DNA of 37,819 bases from Dehalococcoidia bacterium UBA5629 (GCA_002421445.1 DIKB01000080.1:288-38106); one strand, 5' to 3'; positions 8,359-18,717 are shown, numbered from the stretch's first letter. Notes: generated by a model from the sequence alone, not told the origin. Program-made: numbers and translations.

Positions 8359-8721
8359 GTGCCGAGAGTCAAAGGTGGAACAACTACTCGTAGACGACAT
8401 AAAAAGGTATTAGAATTAACCAAGGGGCATGTTGCTTCAAAGCACAAGCTTTATAGACGTGCCCGTGAGTCGCTGACGCATGCGCTGAAGTATGCGTATC
8501 GCCATCGAAAAGAGTTGAAGGGCGATATGAGGCGATTGTGGATCGTCAGGATTAATGCTGCAACTACGGCATCAGGGTTATCCTACGGCCGATTCATTAA
8601 CGGCTTGAAAAAGGCAAATGTAGTTGTTAATCGCAAAGTGCTTGCCGAGATGGCTCTTAATGACTCCGCAGGCTTTTCCAAGCTGGTGGAGATTGCTACC
8701 AAGAATCTCGATAATAACTAA
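8359..8721 (+). CDS. rplT: 50S ribosomal protein L20
   Basis: 120 aa (PRVKGGTTTRRRHKKVLELTKG...RRLWIVRINAA). GTG start with GAGGAGG upstream. Confidence 0.95.
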   Translation: MPRVKGGTTTRRRHKKVLELTKGHVASKHKLYRRARESLTHALKYAYRHRKELKGDMRRLWIVRINAATTASGLSYGRFINGLKKANVVVNRKVLAEMALNDSAGFSKLVEIATKNLDNN

Positions 8722-8741
8722 ATTCAGTCGTACTCAAAGTC

Positions 8742-9776
8742 ATGCTGGACAAAGTTGAATGGCTAGCTTCACAGGCTTTTGCTGACCTGAATAAAATCGC
8801 CAATCTGAAAGATCTTGAGGATTGGCGAGTTCGTTATCTGGGACGAAAAAGCGACTTTTCTCAAATATTGCGTTCGTTATCCGCACTTTCTCCTGATGAG
8901 AGGCGTGTTGTTGGGGCGCGGGCTAATGATCTGAAGGTCAAACTCGAAGAAACCCTGACGCAAAAAAAGAGCAGTCTTGAAGATGTAGTTCTTTCTTCCT
9001 CCGCAGAAGCTCTTGATGTTACCTTGCCCGGCAGACCTGTTAAGGCAGGCCGTTTGCATCCTGTTACGCAGATACTCAACGAGGTCTGTGATATTTTTAT
9101 TGGCATGGGGTTCCAGGTTGCCGAAGGTCCTCAGGTTGAGTGGGAATATTACAATTTTGAAGCGCTGAATATGCCTGCGGATCATGCTGCTCGTGATTCA
9201 TTCGCTACATTATGGATGGATTATGAATCGGAGCCGGGACACCGACCTATGTTACTGCGGACGCACACCTCTCCTGTGCAGGTGCGAGTAATGGAGCGGA
9301 CCCGTCCACCCATTAGAATCATAGTCCCGGGACGCGTTTATCGCTACGAGGCAACTGACGCCACACATGAGTGGATGTTTAATCAGATAGAAGGATTGGC
9401 TATCGATACTAATATCACGCTGGCTGATCTCAAAGGCACGCTCTATGAGTTCGCCCGATCCATCTTCGGAAAGGATAGAAAAGTTCGTTTCCGCTGCGAT
9501 TATTTCCCGTTTGTTGAGCCTGGCGTTGACATGGCGATCGATTGCTTTATGTGCGCTGGCGCAGGGTGTCGGCTTTGTGGATATACGGGCTGGATTGAAA
9601 TAATGGGTGCGGGCATGGTGCATCCCGATGTATTGCGGCGTGTCGGCATTGATCCTGATGTTTATTCCGGCTTTGCTTTTGGTATGGGAGTGGAGCGTAT
9701 CCCCATACTGCGATATGGCATTGATGATATTCGTCTATTTTTTGGCAACGACCTGAAATTTTTACAGCAGTTTTAG
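8742..9776 (+). CDS. pheS: Phenylalanine--tRNA ligase alpha subunit
   Basis: 344 aa with class II motifs (HPVTQ, LRTHTSPVQ, GRVYR, FPFVEPG, GFAFGMGVERI). Confidence 0.95.
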   Translation: MLDKVEWLASQAFADLNKIANLKDLEDWRVRYLGRKSDFSQILRSLSALSPDERRVVGARANDLKVKLEETLTQKKSSLEDVVLSSSAEALDVTLPGRPVKAGRLHPVTQILNEVCDIFIGMGFQVAEGPQVEWEYYNFEALNMPADHAARDSFATLWMDYESEPGHRPMLLRTHTSPVQVRVMERTRPPIRIIVPGRVYRYEATDATHEWMFNQIEGLAIDTNITLADLKGTLYEFARSIFGKDRKVRFRCDYFPFVEPGVDMAIDCFMCAGAGCRLCGYTGWIEIMGAGMVHPDVLRRVGIDPDVYSGFAFGMGVERIPILRYGIDDIRLFFGNDLKFLQQF

Positions 9777-9823
9777 GGTAAATAACGATTTCGAAAGGTT
9801 TTTATTCTGACTGAGGATAGACC

Positions 9824-12229
9824 ATGAAAGTCTCATTAAAATGGCTTCGCGATTATGTTCCGGTAACCGAAGCTGCATCTGAAATTGCGCATAAGCTGAC
9901 TATGGCAGGGCTTGAAGTCGAGGGGATGCAGGTCATCGGCGGCGATTGGAAGAACATATTCGTCGGTGAAATCCTCGCTATCAATCCTCATCCCAATGCG
10001 GATCGTTTGCGTCTGGCAACTGTTAATCTCGGTTCAAAACAGGTTACTGTTGTCTGTGGTGCTCCGAATCTTACCATCGGTGATAAGATTGCGTTTGCAG
10101 AGGTCGGCGCCGAGCTTATCGATGGGCATACAGGACAAAAAGCACAGTTGAAGCCTGCAAAGATCCGCGGTGTCGTCTCCGAGGGAATGATCTGCTCGGA
10201 GAAAGAGCTTGGTATTTCCGGTACGCATGAAGGTATTCTGGTTCTTCCTCAGAGCGTCCAGTTAGGTATGCTTCTTGCTGATTATATGGGCGATACTATT
10301 TTAGATATTGCCGTCACATCCAACCGCCCCGACTGCATGTCCGTCATCGGTGTGGCGCGTGAAGTGGCCGCACAAACGGATAAACAGGTTTCTGTTCGGG
10401 CACCCGCGTATGCTGAAGAAGGACCTGCAATACATTCGCTGGCAGCCATTGAAATTAAAGCTCCTGATCTCTGCCCCCGCTATTGTGCCAGCCTGATTAC
10501 CGGAGTAAAGATCGGCCCGTCACCATCATGGCTGCAGCAGCGTTTGCTGGCAAGCGGTATGAGGCCGATCAATAATGTTGTTGATGTGACTAATTATGTG
10601 ATGCTTGAATACGGTCAACCTCTACATGCTTTCGATTTCAAAAAAGTTCAGGATCATCGAATCGAAGTACGACGCGCACAGGAAGGTGAGCCGTTCAAAA
10701 CGCTTGATGATATCGATAGGAAGTTAACAAAAGATATGCTGGTCATTGCAGATGGCAAACGTGCTGTTGCGGTTGCAGGCATCATGGGGGGACAATCGAC
10801 GGAAGTGACCGATGCTACGGCCGAGATACTTATTGAGTCAGCAACGTTTAATGCAGCTGTTATTCATCGTGGTAGCCTGGCTCTTAATTTGCGCACGGAG
10901 GCTTCGTTGCGCTTCGAAAAAGGACTGAGCAGGGAATTGCCGCTTATAGCCTTGAAAAGGGCGACACAGCTTATGGTGGAGTTGACCGGTTGTCGGGTAG
11001 CGAAGGGAATCATCGATGTGTACCCGGGCAAAGAAGATTCGAAACAGATACTGTTTTCGGCATGGGAAGTGAAACGATTGCTTGGTGTGGACTTATCGGT
11101 TGATGAGATCATCAGAACTCTGGAGAAATTAAGTTTCGAGTGTGAAAGTACAGGCATAGCTGAGGAAATCCTCGTGACGGTGCCATGGTGGCGTACTGAT
11201 GTTACCAATAAAGCTGATCTAACAGAAGAGGTTGCACGTATTATCGGCTATGAATCTATTCCGACGACAATGCTTAGTTCATCATTGCCCGAACCGCAAA
11301 CTCTGCCGATGCGCTCCTTTAGACAGAAGACACAAGATATTATGGTTCATTGTGGATTCCAGGAGATCATCACCTATTCGCTGACCAGCATGGAGATGTT
11401 GCAGAAACTCTCACCGAAAAACGAGTACATAGGACCTCAACCGGTACGAACTGCGCATCCGATGAGCCGGGAGTTGGAATATCTGAGAACGTCTCTACGT
11501 CCAGGGATTTTAGCAACGCTTGTGCGGAATCAGCGGTACAAAGAAGCAACCATAAATCTGTTTGAGATCGGCAAAATATTCCTCTATAAAGAGAAAGATT
11601 TGCCGGAAGAACGGGAGATGCTGTGCGCAGTGCTCAGCAGCGCACAACCGAAGCTGTTCTGGCGGGGTAATGCTGATCCTGTCGACTTTTATGTTGCCAA
11701 AGGGGTGGTGGAGACGTTGTTATCCCAGCTCGGAATCGAGGCAGCGTTTAATCCCGGTGATGATGCGAGTTTGCTCTCCGGCAGGAACGCTGTAATCGTT
11801 GTCGATGGTGATCCCGTCGGAGTGCTTGGAGAAGTGCATCCCCGCGTGGCGCGGGCGTTTGATATAAACGACACAGCATACTTGATCGAGATTGATCTCG
11901 AAAAATTATTCAGCTATAGAAATGATGTAAAGAGCTATACGCCGATTTCACGATATCCGAGCACGATAAGAGATATTGCTCTTCTTGTTGATGTGGCGGT
12001 ATCGTACGAGCAGATTCGAAAGGTCATCGCAGCTTCACCGCTGGTCAATCAGGTTATCCTCTTCGACCTGTATAGCGGGGAACAGGTGCCGCAGGGAAAG
12101 AAGTCTCTGGCGATCAGGATTATTTATCAATCTGCTGAACATACGCTGACCGATGCTGAAGTGGATGAGGTCCATAAAGAAATCCTCGATATCTTAAATC
12201 ACGAGTTCGGCGTTACGCTGCGCTCATAA
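9824..12229 (+). CDS. pheT: Phenylalanine--tRNA ligase beta subunit
   Basis: 801 aa with an N-terminal tRNA-binding (OB) domain, B3/4, B5 and a C-terminal FDX-ACB domain. It follows pheS. Confidence 0.95.
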   Translation: MKVSLKWLRDYVPVTEAASEIAHKLTMAGLEVEGMQVIGGDWKNIFVGEILAINPHPNADRLRLATVNLGSKQVTVVCGAPNLTIGDKIAFAEVGAELIDGHTGQKAQLKPAKIRGVVSEGMICSEKELGISGTHEGILVLPQSVQLGMLLADYMGDTILDIAVTSNRPDCMSVIGVAREVAAQTDKQVSVRAPAYAEEGPAIHSLAAIEIKAPDLCPRYCASLITGVKIGPSPSWLQQRLLASGMRPINNVVDVTNYVMLEYGQPLHAFDFKKVQDHRIEVRRAQEGEPFKTLDDIDRKLTKDMLVIADGKRAVAVAGIMGGQSTEVTDATAEILIESATFNAAVIHRGSLALNLRTEASLRFEKGLSRELPLIALKRATQLMVELTGCRVAKGIIDVYPGKEDSKQILFSAWEVKRLLGVDLSVDEIIRTLEKLSFECESTGIAEEILVTVPWWRTDVTNKADLTEEVARIIGYESIPTTMLSSSLPEPQTLPMRSFRQKTQDIMVHCGFQEIITYSLTSMEMLQKLSPKNEYIGPQPVRTAHPMSRELEYLRTSLRPGILATLVRNQRYKEATINLFEIGKIFLYKEKDLPEEREMLCAVLSSAQPKLFWRGNADPVDFYVAKGVVETLLSQLGIEAAFNPGDDASLLSGRNAVIVVDGDPVGVLGEVHPRVARAFDINDTAYLIEIDLEKLFSYRNDVKSYTPISRYPSTIRDIALLVDVAVSYEQIRKVIAASPLVNQVILFDLYSGEQVPQGKKSLAIRIIYQSAEHTLTDAEVDEVHKEILDILNHEFGVTLRS

Positions 12230-12245
12230 ACTTGGATAGTATCTG

Positions 12246-13955
12246 TTACCTTTTTGATTTGTCTGTGAGCATCTTTTCTACGGCGTCAATTATGCCATCC
12301 AGCGGTAACATCTGTGCCTGCTTTTCCTGTCGCCACTTCGCCTCGACGCTCTTGTTTTGCAGCGCCCGCGGGCTTATGGTGAGACGCAGGGGAATACCGA
12401 GGAGATCAGCATCGTTGAACTTGATTCCGGGTGATTCAATGCGATCATCGAACAGGACATCAATGCCCTTTGCGATCAGTCCTTTATAGACCGTCTCTGC
12501 TGTTTGCGATACTGTTGCATCCTCAAGACGCAGTCCGCAGAGATAAACCTGATATGGTGCAATTGGCAACGGCCAGATGATGCCTTTTTCATCGTGATTT
12601 TGTTCAACGGCAGCTGCCAGCAACCTGCCGACGCCGATACCATAGCATCCCATAATGATAGGCTGTGATACTCCATTGCTATCGAGGAAATATGCTCCAA
12701 GACGTTCACTAAGGAATGTGCCCAGCTTGAACACATGGCCGACTTCAATGCCGTTCTGTGATTGTAATATACCGTCGCATCCGGGACATTGATCTCCGGC
12801 GCTGGCTGTGGCTATATCGGCGACGATAGTTGCTGTGAAATCCCTGGGATAATTGACGTTTTTGAGATGAGTGTCCGGTTTATTTGCGCCGGCAACGAAA
12901 TTGCCACCTGTGGTGATCGATTCATCGGCTATGATCTTGATATTTTTAAGGCCAATCGGTGATGCTGAGCCGGCAACCAGCCCTGCTGCTTTTACCTCTG
13001 CATCGGCAGCCAGATGTAGATCGGTGCATTTGAGTATATTTTTAAGCTTTGTTTCATTGACTTCGATATCGCCTCTGATGGTGACGAAAATGATGTCTCC
13101 GTCGGCTACATAAAATACCGCTTTCAGCGTATTATTTTTATCGATGCCGACAAATCTGGCGACTTCTTCGATTGTTTTAATGCCGGGCGTTGCTATCTCT
13201 TCCAGCGGCAGCGGTTTCGTTGAAGCGGGCTTTTTCTTGATGCTCCTGGCTTTTTCTGTATTTGCGGCATAGCCGCATTTCGGACAGAGGATAATCATAT
13301 CTTCGCCGCTTTCCGTGACCAGCATAAATTCATGAGATGCTTTGCCACCGATGGCTCCGCTGTCCGCTTCAACCATTACGGCGGGCAAGCCGCAACGTGA
13401 GTAGATGTTTTTGTACGCTTGAACAGTTCTCTGGTAGTTCATTTCCAGTCCTTTCTCATCAACATCAAAGCTGTAGAGGTCTTTCATGATGAATTCCCGT
13501 ACCCTGAGCAATCCGCCGCGGGGTCGCGGTTCGTCACGGAATTTGTTCTGCATCTGGTAGGGCAGGAGCGGCAGGTCGCGATAGCTTTGCACGTAGCGGC
13601 GAACCAGGTCGGTTATAATCTCTTCATGGGTCGGCCCAAGCACCAGTTTGTGATCTTTGCGGTCGGTTATGGTGAACATCGTTTTGCCGAAGGATGACAA
13701 CCGCCCCGATTGTTCCCATATCTCAAGAGGTTGAAGCGACGGCATCATAAGCTCCTGTCCGCCTGCGGCATCCATCTCCTCGCGGATAATCTGCTCGATT
13801 TTTCTAAGTGTACGCCAGCCAAGCGGCATATAGGCGTATACGCCGGCGGCCACCTGCTGGATCATGCCGGCGCGAACAAGAAGCTGATGACTGATGCTAT
13901 CAGCTTCCGTTGGTATTTCCTTTAATGTTTTTCCAAAGAGCTTAGAAAAATACAT
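12246..13955 (-). CDS. proS: Proline--tRNA ligase (bacterial type with INS editing domain)
   Basis: 569 aa (MYFSKLFGKTLKEIP...AGMIQQVAAGVY..., FRDEPRPRGGLLRVREF, GCYGIGVGRL). It is convergent with pheT, with 16 bp between the stop codons. Confidence 0.95.
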   Translation of the reverse strand: MYFSKLFGKTLKEIPTEADSISHQLLVRAGMIQQVAAGVYAYMPLGWRTLRKIEQIIREEMDAAGGQELMMPSLQPLEIWEQSGRLSSFGKTMFTITDRKDHKLVLGPTHEEIITDLVRRYVQSYRDLPLLPYQMQNKFRDEPRPRGGLLRVREFIMKDLYSFDVDEKGLEMNYQRTVQAYKNIYSRCGLPAVMVEADSGAIGGKASHEFMLVTESGEDMIILCPKCGYAANTEKARSIKKKPASTKPLPLEEIATPGIKTIEEVARFVGIDKNNTLKAVFYVADGDIIFVTIRGDIEVNETKLKNILKCTDLHLAADAEVKAAGLVAGSASPIGLKNIKIIADESITTGGNFVAGANKPDTHLKNVNYPRDFTATIVADIATASAGDQCPGCDGILQSQNGIEVGHVFKLGTFLSERLGAYFLDSNGVSQPIIMGCYGIGVGRLLAAAVEQNHDEKGIIWPLPIAPYQVYLCGLRLEDATVSQTAETVYKGLIAKGIDVLFDDRIESPGIKFNDADLLGIPLRLTISPRALQNKSVEAKWRQEKQAQMLPLDGIIDAVEKMLTDKSKR

Positions 13956-14034
13956 GCGTACACACTTACCCTCTAAAGTATCTATATGATTTTATTTTGC
14001 TTTTTGCCTGTGTAGAGTATCCGCTGAATTACAG

Positions 14035-14646
14035 TTAATTATTCATTAATGTGAAATACCCGCCTATAAGTAATGCGATAATAACATAGAGGACGTAAAC
14101 GGCGAGACTCACGAAGAATAAGATGACACCCCATTTTGACCAGGTATGTTGGGTCCTCTTGAAATGCTCAATGCTGTCCCATTTTTTATGCTGCCATGCC
14201 CACTCATTGCCCCTGGCTCCCAGTACGAAACACCATATGATGTTCAAGAGCGGGATAAATACGAGAAATGCAATCCAGACACTATTTCCGATTCCCCATA
14301 TCCAGTTCAGAAAGAAGGCTCCCCAGTTCCAACCTCTTATTTCGGGAGGAAGCGTCGATACTGCGCCCTGGCCTGATGCCGTAGCAGACGAAGTGGGGGC
14401 TGCCGCTGAGTTCACATTGACAACAACCGGTGGTGGCGCTTCAGTTCTCGGTTGTGATGCACTCGATGTTGCTGCTGACGGTGCTGTTCCAGCCTTTTGA
14501 TGAGCAGCAAATATCGTATCGCTGCATGGCTGACAGTATGTCTTGCCTCCAATCAGGTTTCTGCACTCCATGCAGACAAGCTTTCCACATGATACACAGG
14601 CTCCAACCGGTTCACGATCAGAATGAAATGCGCATTGCATTGGCAT
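14035..14646 (-). CDS. Membrane protein with an N-terminal B-box/zinc-ribbon-like Cys cluster, an Ala/Ser/Pro linker and a C-terminal Trp-rich TM domain
   Basis: 203 aa. The N-terminus is CAFHSDREPVGACVSCGKLVCMECRNLIGGKTYCQPC, followed by a low-complexity linker. The C-terminus is RGWNWGAFFLNWIWGIGNSVW...GARGNEWAWQHKKW with 3 predicted TM helices. SD is AAAGGAGG. I cannot assign a family with confidence. Confidence 0.6.
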   Translation of the reverse strand: MPMQCAFHSDREPVGACVSCGKLVCMECRNLIGGKTYCQPCSDTIFAAHQKAGTAPSAATSSASQPRTEAPPPVVVNVNSAAAPTSSATASGQGAVSTLPPEIRGWNWGAFFLNWIWGIGNSVWIAFLVFIPLLNIIWCFVLGARGNEWAWQHKKWDSIEHFKRTQHTWSKWGVILFFVSLAVYVLYVIIALLIGGYFTLMNN

Positions 14647-14722
14647 AGGATTTATCGCCTCCTTTAAATATTCAACTTGTTTTGGAATGTGTCGAAATTA
14701 AACCATATCCAGCCTATTTCGT

Positions 14723-15778
14723 CTAGTGCTCTGTGAGGTTACGTATCTCGCTCAGTAAAGCCTGCAGAAAATTATTTTCTTCAACTGTTTGCACTACCTC
14801 GCCATGTCTGAAAATGGCTCCCTTGCCCTTGCCGCAGGCAATACCGACATCTGCTCCCCGCGCTTCTCCGGGGCCGTTGACTATGCAGCCCATGACCGCC
14901 ACCTTAATGGGCTTATCGATATGCTTAAGCTCTTTTTCAACTGCCGCGATAAGTCCGAGGATATCCACCTCAGAGCGGCCGCAGCTCGGACAGCTTATCA
15001 GCAGAGGACCTCGCTGCCGCAAGTTCAAACTGCGTAGAATCTCCCATGCAGCATCAACTTCTTCGACGGGATCGGTACTGATCGATACGCGGATCGTATC
15101 CCCAATGCCTTCATAAAGCAATATGCCTATTCCTACGGCGCTGCGTATCGTCCCGCTCTTTGGCGGTCCAGCCTCTGTGATGCCAACGTGAAGGGGATAG
15201 GGCATCTCTGTGGCCATGAGCCGATATGCTTCGATGGTTGTTGGTACGTCAAATGCCTTGAGCGATATTTTTATCAGATCGAAATTTTCTCTGTGCAGGA
15301 GTTCTATCTCTTTCAATGCGGCATCTACCATGCGTCTTGCCATGGAATCGTATTGTTTTGCGGCTGGTGGGAGGCTTCCGGCATTAACTCCGATTCTGAT
15401 TGGCACGTTTCGTTGTTTAGCCGCTTTGACAACCTGTGCGATATGATCGGGGTCTTGAATATTTCCTGGATTTAGCCGCAGTCCATCGATATTCGCTTTC
15501 AATGCAGCGAGCGCCAGCCGATAATCGAAATGAATATCGGCAATGACCGGTAACGGACTGTTTTTCTTGACCGAGGCTAGTGCCTCAGCTGCTTCCTTAT
15601 CAGGCACTGCGACCCGTATGATTTCGCAGCCATGTTCTTTGAGTCGGCATATCTGCGCTACCGTTGCTGCAGCGTCGCGCGTATCTGTCTTCGTCATCGA
15701 TTGGACGGCGATTGGCGCTGCGCCACCGATAACGACTGTGCCTATCGTTATTGCTGTTGAAATCCTTCGGGTAATCAA
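14723..15778 (-). CDS. ispG: 4-hydroxy-3-methylbut-2-en-1-yl diphosphate synthase (flavodoxin)
   Basis: 351 aa (RVAVPD, PLVADIHFD-like VIADIHFDY, RINPGN-like RLNPGNI, C-terminal CPSCGR...GCIVNGPGE). Confidence 0.93.
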   Translation of the reverse strand: MITRRISTAITIGTVVIGGAAPIAVQSMTKTDTRDAAATVAQICRLKEHGCEIIRVAVPDKEAAEALASVKKNSPLPVIADIHFDYRLALAALKANIDGLRLNPGNIQDPDHIAQVVKAAKQRNVPIRIGVNAGSLPPAAKQYDSMARRMVDAALKEIELLHRENFDLIKISLKAFDVPTTIEAYRLMATEMPYPLHVGITEAGPPKSGTIRSAVGIGILLYEGIGDTIRVSISTDPVEEVDAAWEILRSLNLRQRGPLLISCPSCGRSEVDILGLIAAVEKELKHIDKPIKVAVMGCIVNGPGEARGADVGIACGKGKGAIFRHGEVVQTVEENNFLQALLSEIRNLTEH

Positions 15779-16836
15779 GGCAATAGACTGCCTCCCTGTA
15801 TAATACGCACTATATCATAATAACTGACAACCATTATGAGCGCTATCAGAATGAAGAATCCAACCATGTGTACCAACCCCTCTTTTTTTGGGGAGATACG
15901 TTTGCCGCGCCTGACCCATTCAAGCAGTACAAAGATAAGGCGGCCTCCATCGAGCCCCGGGAAAGGGAATAGATTAATAATGGCCAGGTTAATGCTCAGG
16001 AGGGCTGTAAATTCCAAAATTGAGGCCAATCCGCTCTTTGCCACTTCGCCTGTTACCTGTACAATGCCTATCGGGCCTGTCAGTATCGGAGCGGTATTTT
16101 TGGTGAACCAGCCGATTACCTCGTTCTTAAATAATACTAAAATTTCCCAGCAGTGAACAAAGCTGTCCGGAATGGCTTTCCAGAATGGTGTTGATTCGGT
16201 AGTGGTGGTGGTATCAACCCCTTTTATTTTAATGCCGGTAGCGCCTTCACCCTGTGGCGGACTCCATCTGGCATGGACGACTACTTCTTTTTGCGTGTTA
16301 TCGGTTTTTTGGAGCAGGAATCTAACATCGGAGCCGAGGTTGAGCTGTACCAGATAACTTACATCCTGACGATTCTGAATGGTACGTCCGTTTATCTGGA
16401 GTAATGTGTCTCCTGCTGAGACGCCAGCCAATTGTGCAGGGGATCCGATGTTGACCTCCTCTATTTGCACCTTCTCGATATAAGCGGTATGAGGGACCAT
16501 AAAGCTGATTGTATACAAAAGAACGGGCAGCAATAGATTCATGAGCGAGCCTGCTGCCAGAACAAGTATCCTGATCGGGATGCTTTTACTTGCCAGACTC
16601 CGCGGGAACGTAGGATCCTCTTCGCCGAGCATTTTAGTGAAACCGCCGAGAGGTAAAGCATTGAGCGAATAAATGGTCTCTCCTCGCTTAAAACTGATAA
16701 GTCGAGGGGGGAAGCCCAGTCCGAATTCCTGTACTTCGATTCCTGAGAGTTTTGCAGTGATAAAATGTCCGAACTCATGTGCGAGAATGAGTACTGCCAG
16801 GACAGCAACAAATACAACTATAGTAAGCAACATCAT
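15775..16836 (-). CDS. rseP: RIP metalloprotease RseP (M50 site-2 protease with PDZ domain)
   Basis: 353 aa with an HExxH motif (AHEFGHF), a PDZ segment (GSPAQLAGVSAGDTLLQING) and a C-terminal NLFPFPGLDGG motif. It overlaps both dxr and ispG by a few nt. Confidence 0.9.
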   Translation of the reverse strand: MMLLTIVVFVAVLAVLILAHEFGHFITAKLSGIEVQEFGLGFPPRLISFKRGETIYSLNALPLGGFTKMLGEEDPTFPRSLASKSIPIRILVLAAGSLMNLLLPVLLYTISFMVPHTAYIEKVQIEEVNIGSPAQLAGVSAGDTLLQINGRTIQNRQDVSYLVQLNLGSDVRFLLQKTDNTQKEVVVHARWSPPQGEGATGIKIKGVDTTTTTESTPFWKAIPDSFVHCWEILVLFKNEVIGWFTKNTAPILTGPIGIVQVTGEVAKSGLASILEFTALLSINLAIINLFPFPGLDGGRLIFVLLEWVRRGKRISPKKEGLVHMVGFFILIALIMVVSYYDIVRIIQGGSLLP

Positions 16837-17954
16837 TACATCCTTATTTTGTGATCATTCATTGTTGTTTCTCTAGCCCAGGTATCGGCTGCCATTATCT
16901 GGTCTAGATTTGGATTATCAATATTAGTATGAGCAGCTATCGTTTTCTCTATTACCGGTGCAATGTCTGTAAAACGTATTCGCCCGGATAAAAATAGCTC
17001 CACGGCCACCTCATCGGCTGCGCAGAGCACTGCCGGATACGTACCCTCTTTTTTCCCTGTTTCGATAGCCAGTGAAAGACAGGGGAACTTCTTATAAGGT
17101 ACCGGTTCAAATGTTAATTGACTCACCTTTGTCAGGTCCAATTTCTGATACTGCGTGTCAGGTAATCGCTTTGGATAAGAGAGCGCATACTGAATTGGCA
17201 GATGCATATCCGGATGACTGAGTTGGGCTTTTATTGATCCATCGACAAATTCTACGAGAGAGTGAACAATGCTTTTAGGATGAATAATAACGTCGATTTT
17301 ATCAAATGGTATGGAAAAAAGCCAATGTGCTTCTATTACTTCCAACCCTTTATTCATCAATGTTGCAGAATCGATGGTTACTTTTTGTCCCATTTTCCAT
17401 GTTGGATGATTGAGTGCTTGCGCTGGTGTTACACGGGCCAGCGCCTCAGCGCTCAATGTATAAAAAGGGCCTCCCGATGCTGTGAGTATTATTTTTGATA
17501 CAGCATTTCTTTCATTACGCAGACATTGCCAGACGGCGCTGTGTTCACTATCGATGGGAAGAAGCTGTGCGTTATTTTTCTTTGCCTCCGTGGTGAGTAT
17601 GTGTCCGGCCATAACCAGTATCTCTTTGTTAGATAACCCGATTTTCTTGCCTGCCCGTATGGCGGCTAGGGTCGGTACTAACGCGACCTTTCCCGAAGTG
17701 GCAATAACGACGAGATCGATATCCGGATGGCTGGCTATTTCCTCCATGGTGGATTGTCGACTGGAAGATTTGCGCAGTTTGTGTGGAGAATGAACCAGTT
17801 TCGGTTTGAACTCATCGATCTGGGATTCCAGCAGTTTCGTGTTATTACCGGCGGCAAGTCCCAGCACTTTGAATCTCCCGGGGAATTGTCTGATGACATC
17901 CAGTGTCTGCTGCCCTATGGACCCAGTCGATCCTAGAATGGCTATCGTTTTCAT
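16836..17954 (-). CDS. dxr: 1-deoxy-D-xylulose-5-phosphate reductoisomerase
   Basis: 372 aa (ILGSTGSIGQQTLDVI, PIDSEHSA, NHPTWKMGQKVTIDSATLMNKGLEVIEA). Confidence 0.95.
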   Translation of the reverse strand: MKTIAILGSTGSIGQQTLDVIRQFPGRFKVLGLAAGNNTKLLESQIDEFKPKLVHSPHKLRKSSSRQSTMEEIASHPDIDLVVIATSGKVALVPTLAAIRAGKKIGLSNKEILVMAGHILTTEAKKNNAQLLPIDSEHSAVWQCLRNERNAVSKIILTASGGPFYTLSAEALARVTPAQALNHPTWKMGQKVTIDSATLMNKGLEVIEAHWLFSIPFDKIDVIIHPKSIVHSLVEFVDGSIKAQLSHPDMHLPIQYALSYPKRLPDTQYQKLDLTKVSQLTFEPVPYKKFPCLSLAIETGKKEGTYPAVLCAADEVAVELFLSGRIRFTDIAPVIEKTIAAHTNIDNPNLDQIMAADTWARETTMNDHKIRM

Positions 17955-18072
17955 CGTGTGTATTATCTTACACCATGAAGCAGTAAAGACAAAATCAGGC
18001 TCTGTTCAAAGTCGTATGAAGGGAAGAAATGAACGTTGATCTGGCCTATCCGCACATGGCATGTTACTGATG

Positions 18073-18717
18073 TTAAATAAACAAATCTTTGTTTTCGTGC
18101 CGCAACTTTGCGCGTCTTCGAATAATAACGAGTCGTATGATCCAGATAATAATGATGGTGGCGACGAGAAAGACGACGACCTGCCAGAGCGCCGGGGTAA
18201 AACCAAAGTAATGGAAACCGCTGTTCATGATAAATCCGAGGATTATCAATGCTCCATCGAAAATGAGAGATGATAGCACGACTCCGATTAGAAAATGTCC
18301 GTATCGCAGCTTTATACCTCCTGCAGCCATTGAAGTGAGAGTCATCAATCCTGATATACGTGGAATGGCGATGGCAAACGCTGCTTCACTTACGATTCTT
18401 GCTTCAATATTTACCAGATGTTCTTTGATTTTCTTAAACCGTTTTGACAGCCAGTTAATCGTCGCATTTCCCAGTAAACGTGTAAACCAGTAGACTGCGG
18501 CAGAACCGGCAAGTCGCCCCAGAAAAATCGCTAATAAAGTATAAAGCACCTGGACAGATGGACCGTTCTGATAGCTCGATAGGAATAATATCCCATCCAG
18601 TATGAATGGGAACGGGACGCCCATCTCTGTAAACATGGTTATCAAAAACAATCCTCCCAGAGCCGGGATGTTCAGGATTGTCAGGATTGTTGTTAGCGCT
18701 TGATTAAACCACTCCAT
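18073..18717 (-). CDS. DedA/VTT (SNARE-associated) family-like membrane protein
   Basis: 214 aa, polytopic. The motifs resemble DedA (TEMGVPFPFILDGILFL..., LGRLAGSAAVYWFTRLLG, PRISGLMTLTSMAAGGIKL). Assigned by pattern recognition only. Confidence 0.5.
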   Translation of the reverse strand: MEWFNQALTTILTILNIPALGGLFLITMFTEMGVPFPFILDGILFLSSYQNGPSVQVLYTLLAIFLGRLAGSAAVYWFTRLLGNATINWLSKRFKKIKEHLVNIEARIVSEAAFAIAIPRISGLMTLTSMAAGGIKLRYGHFLIGVVLSSLIFDGALIILGFIMNSGFHYFGFTPALWQVVVFLVATIIIIWIIRLVIIRRRAKLRHENKDLFI

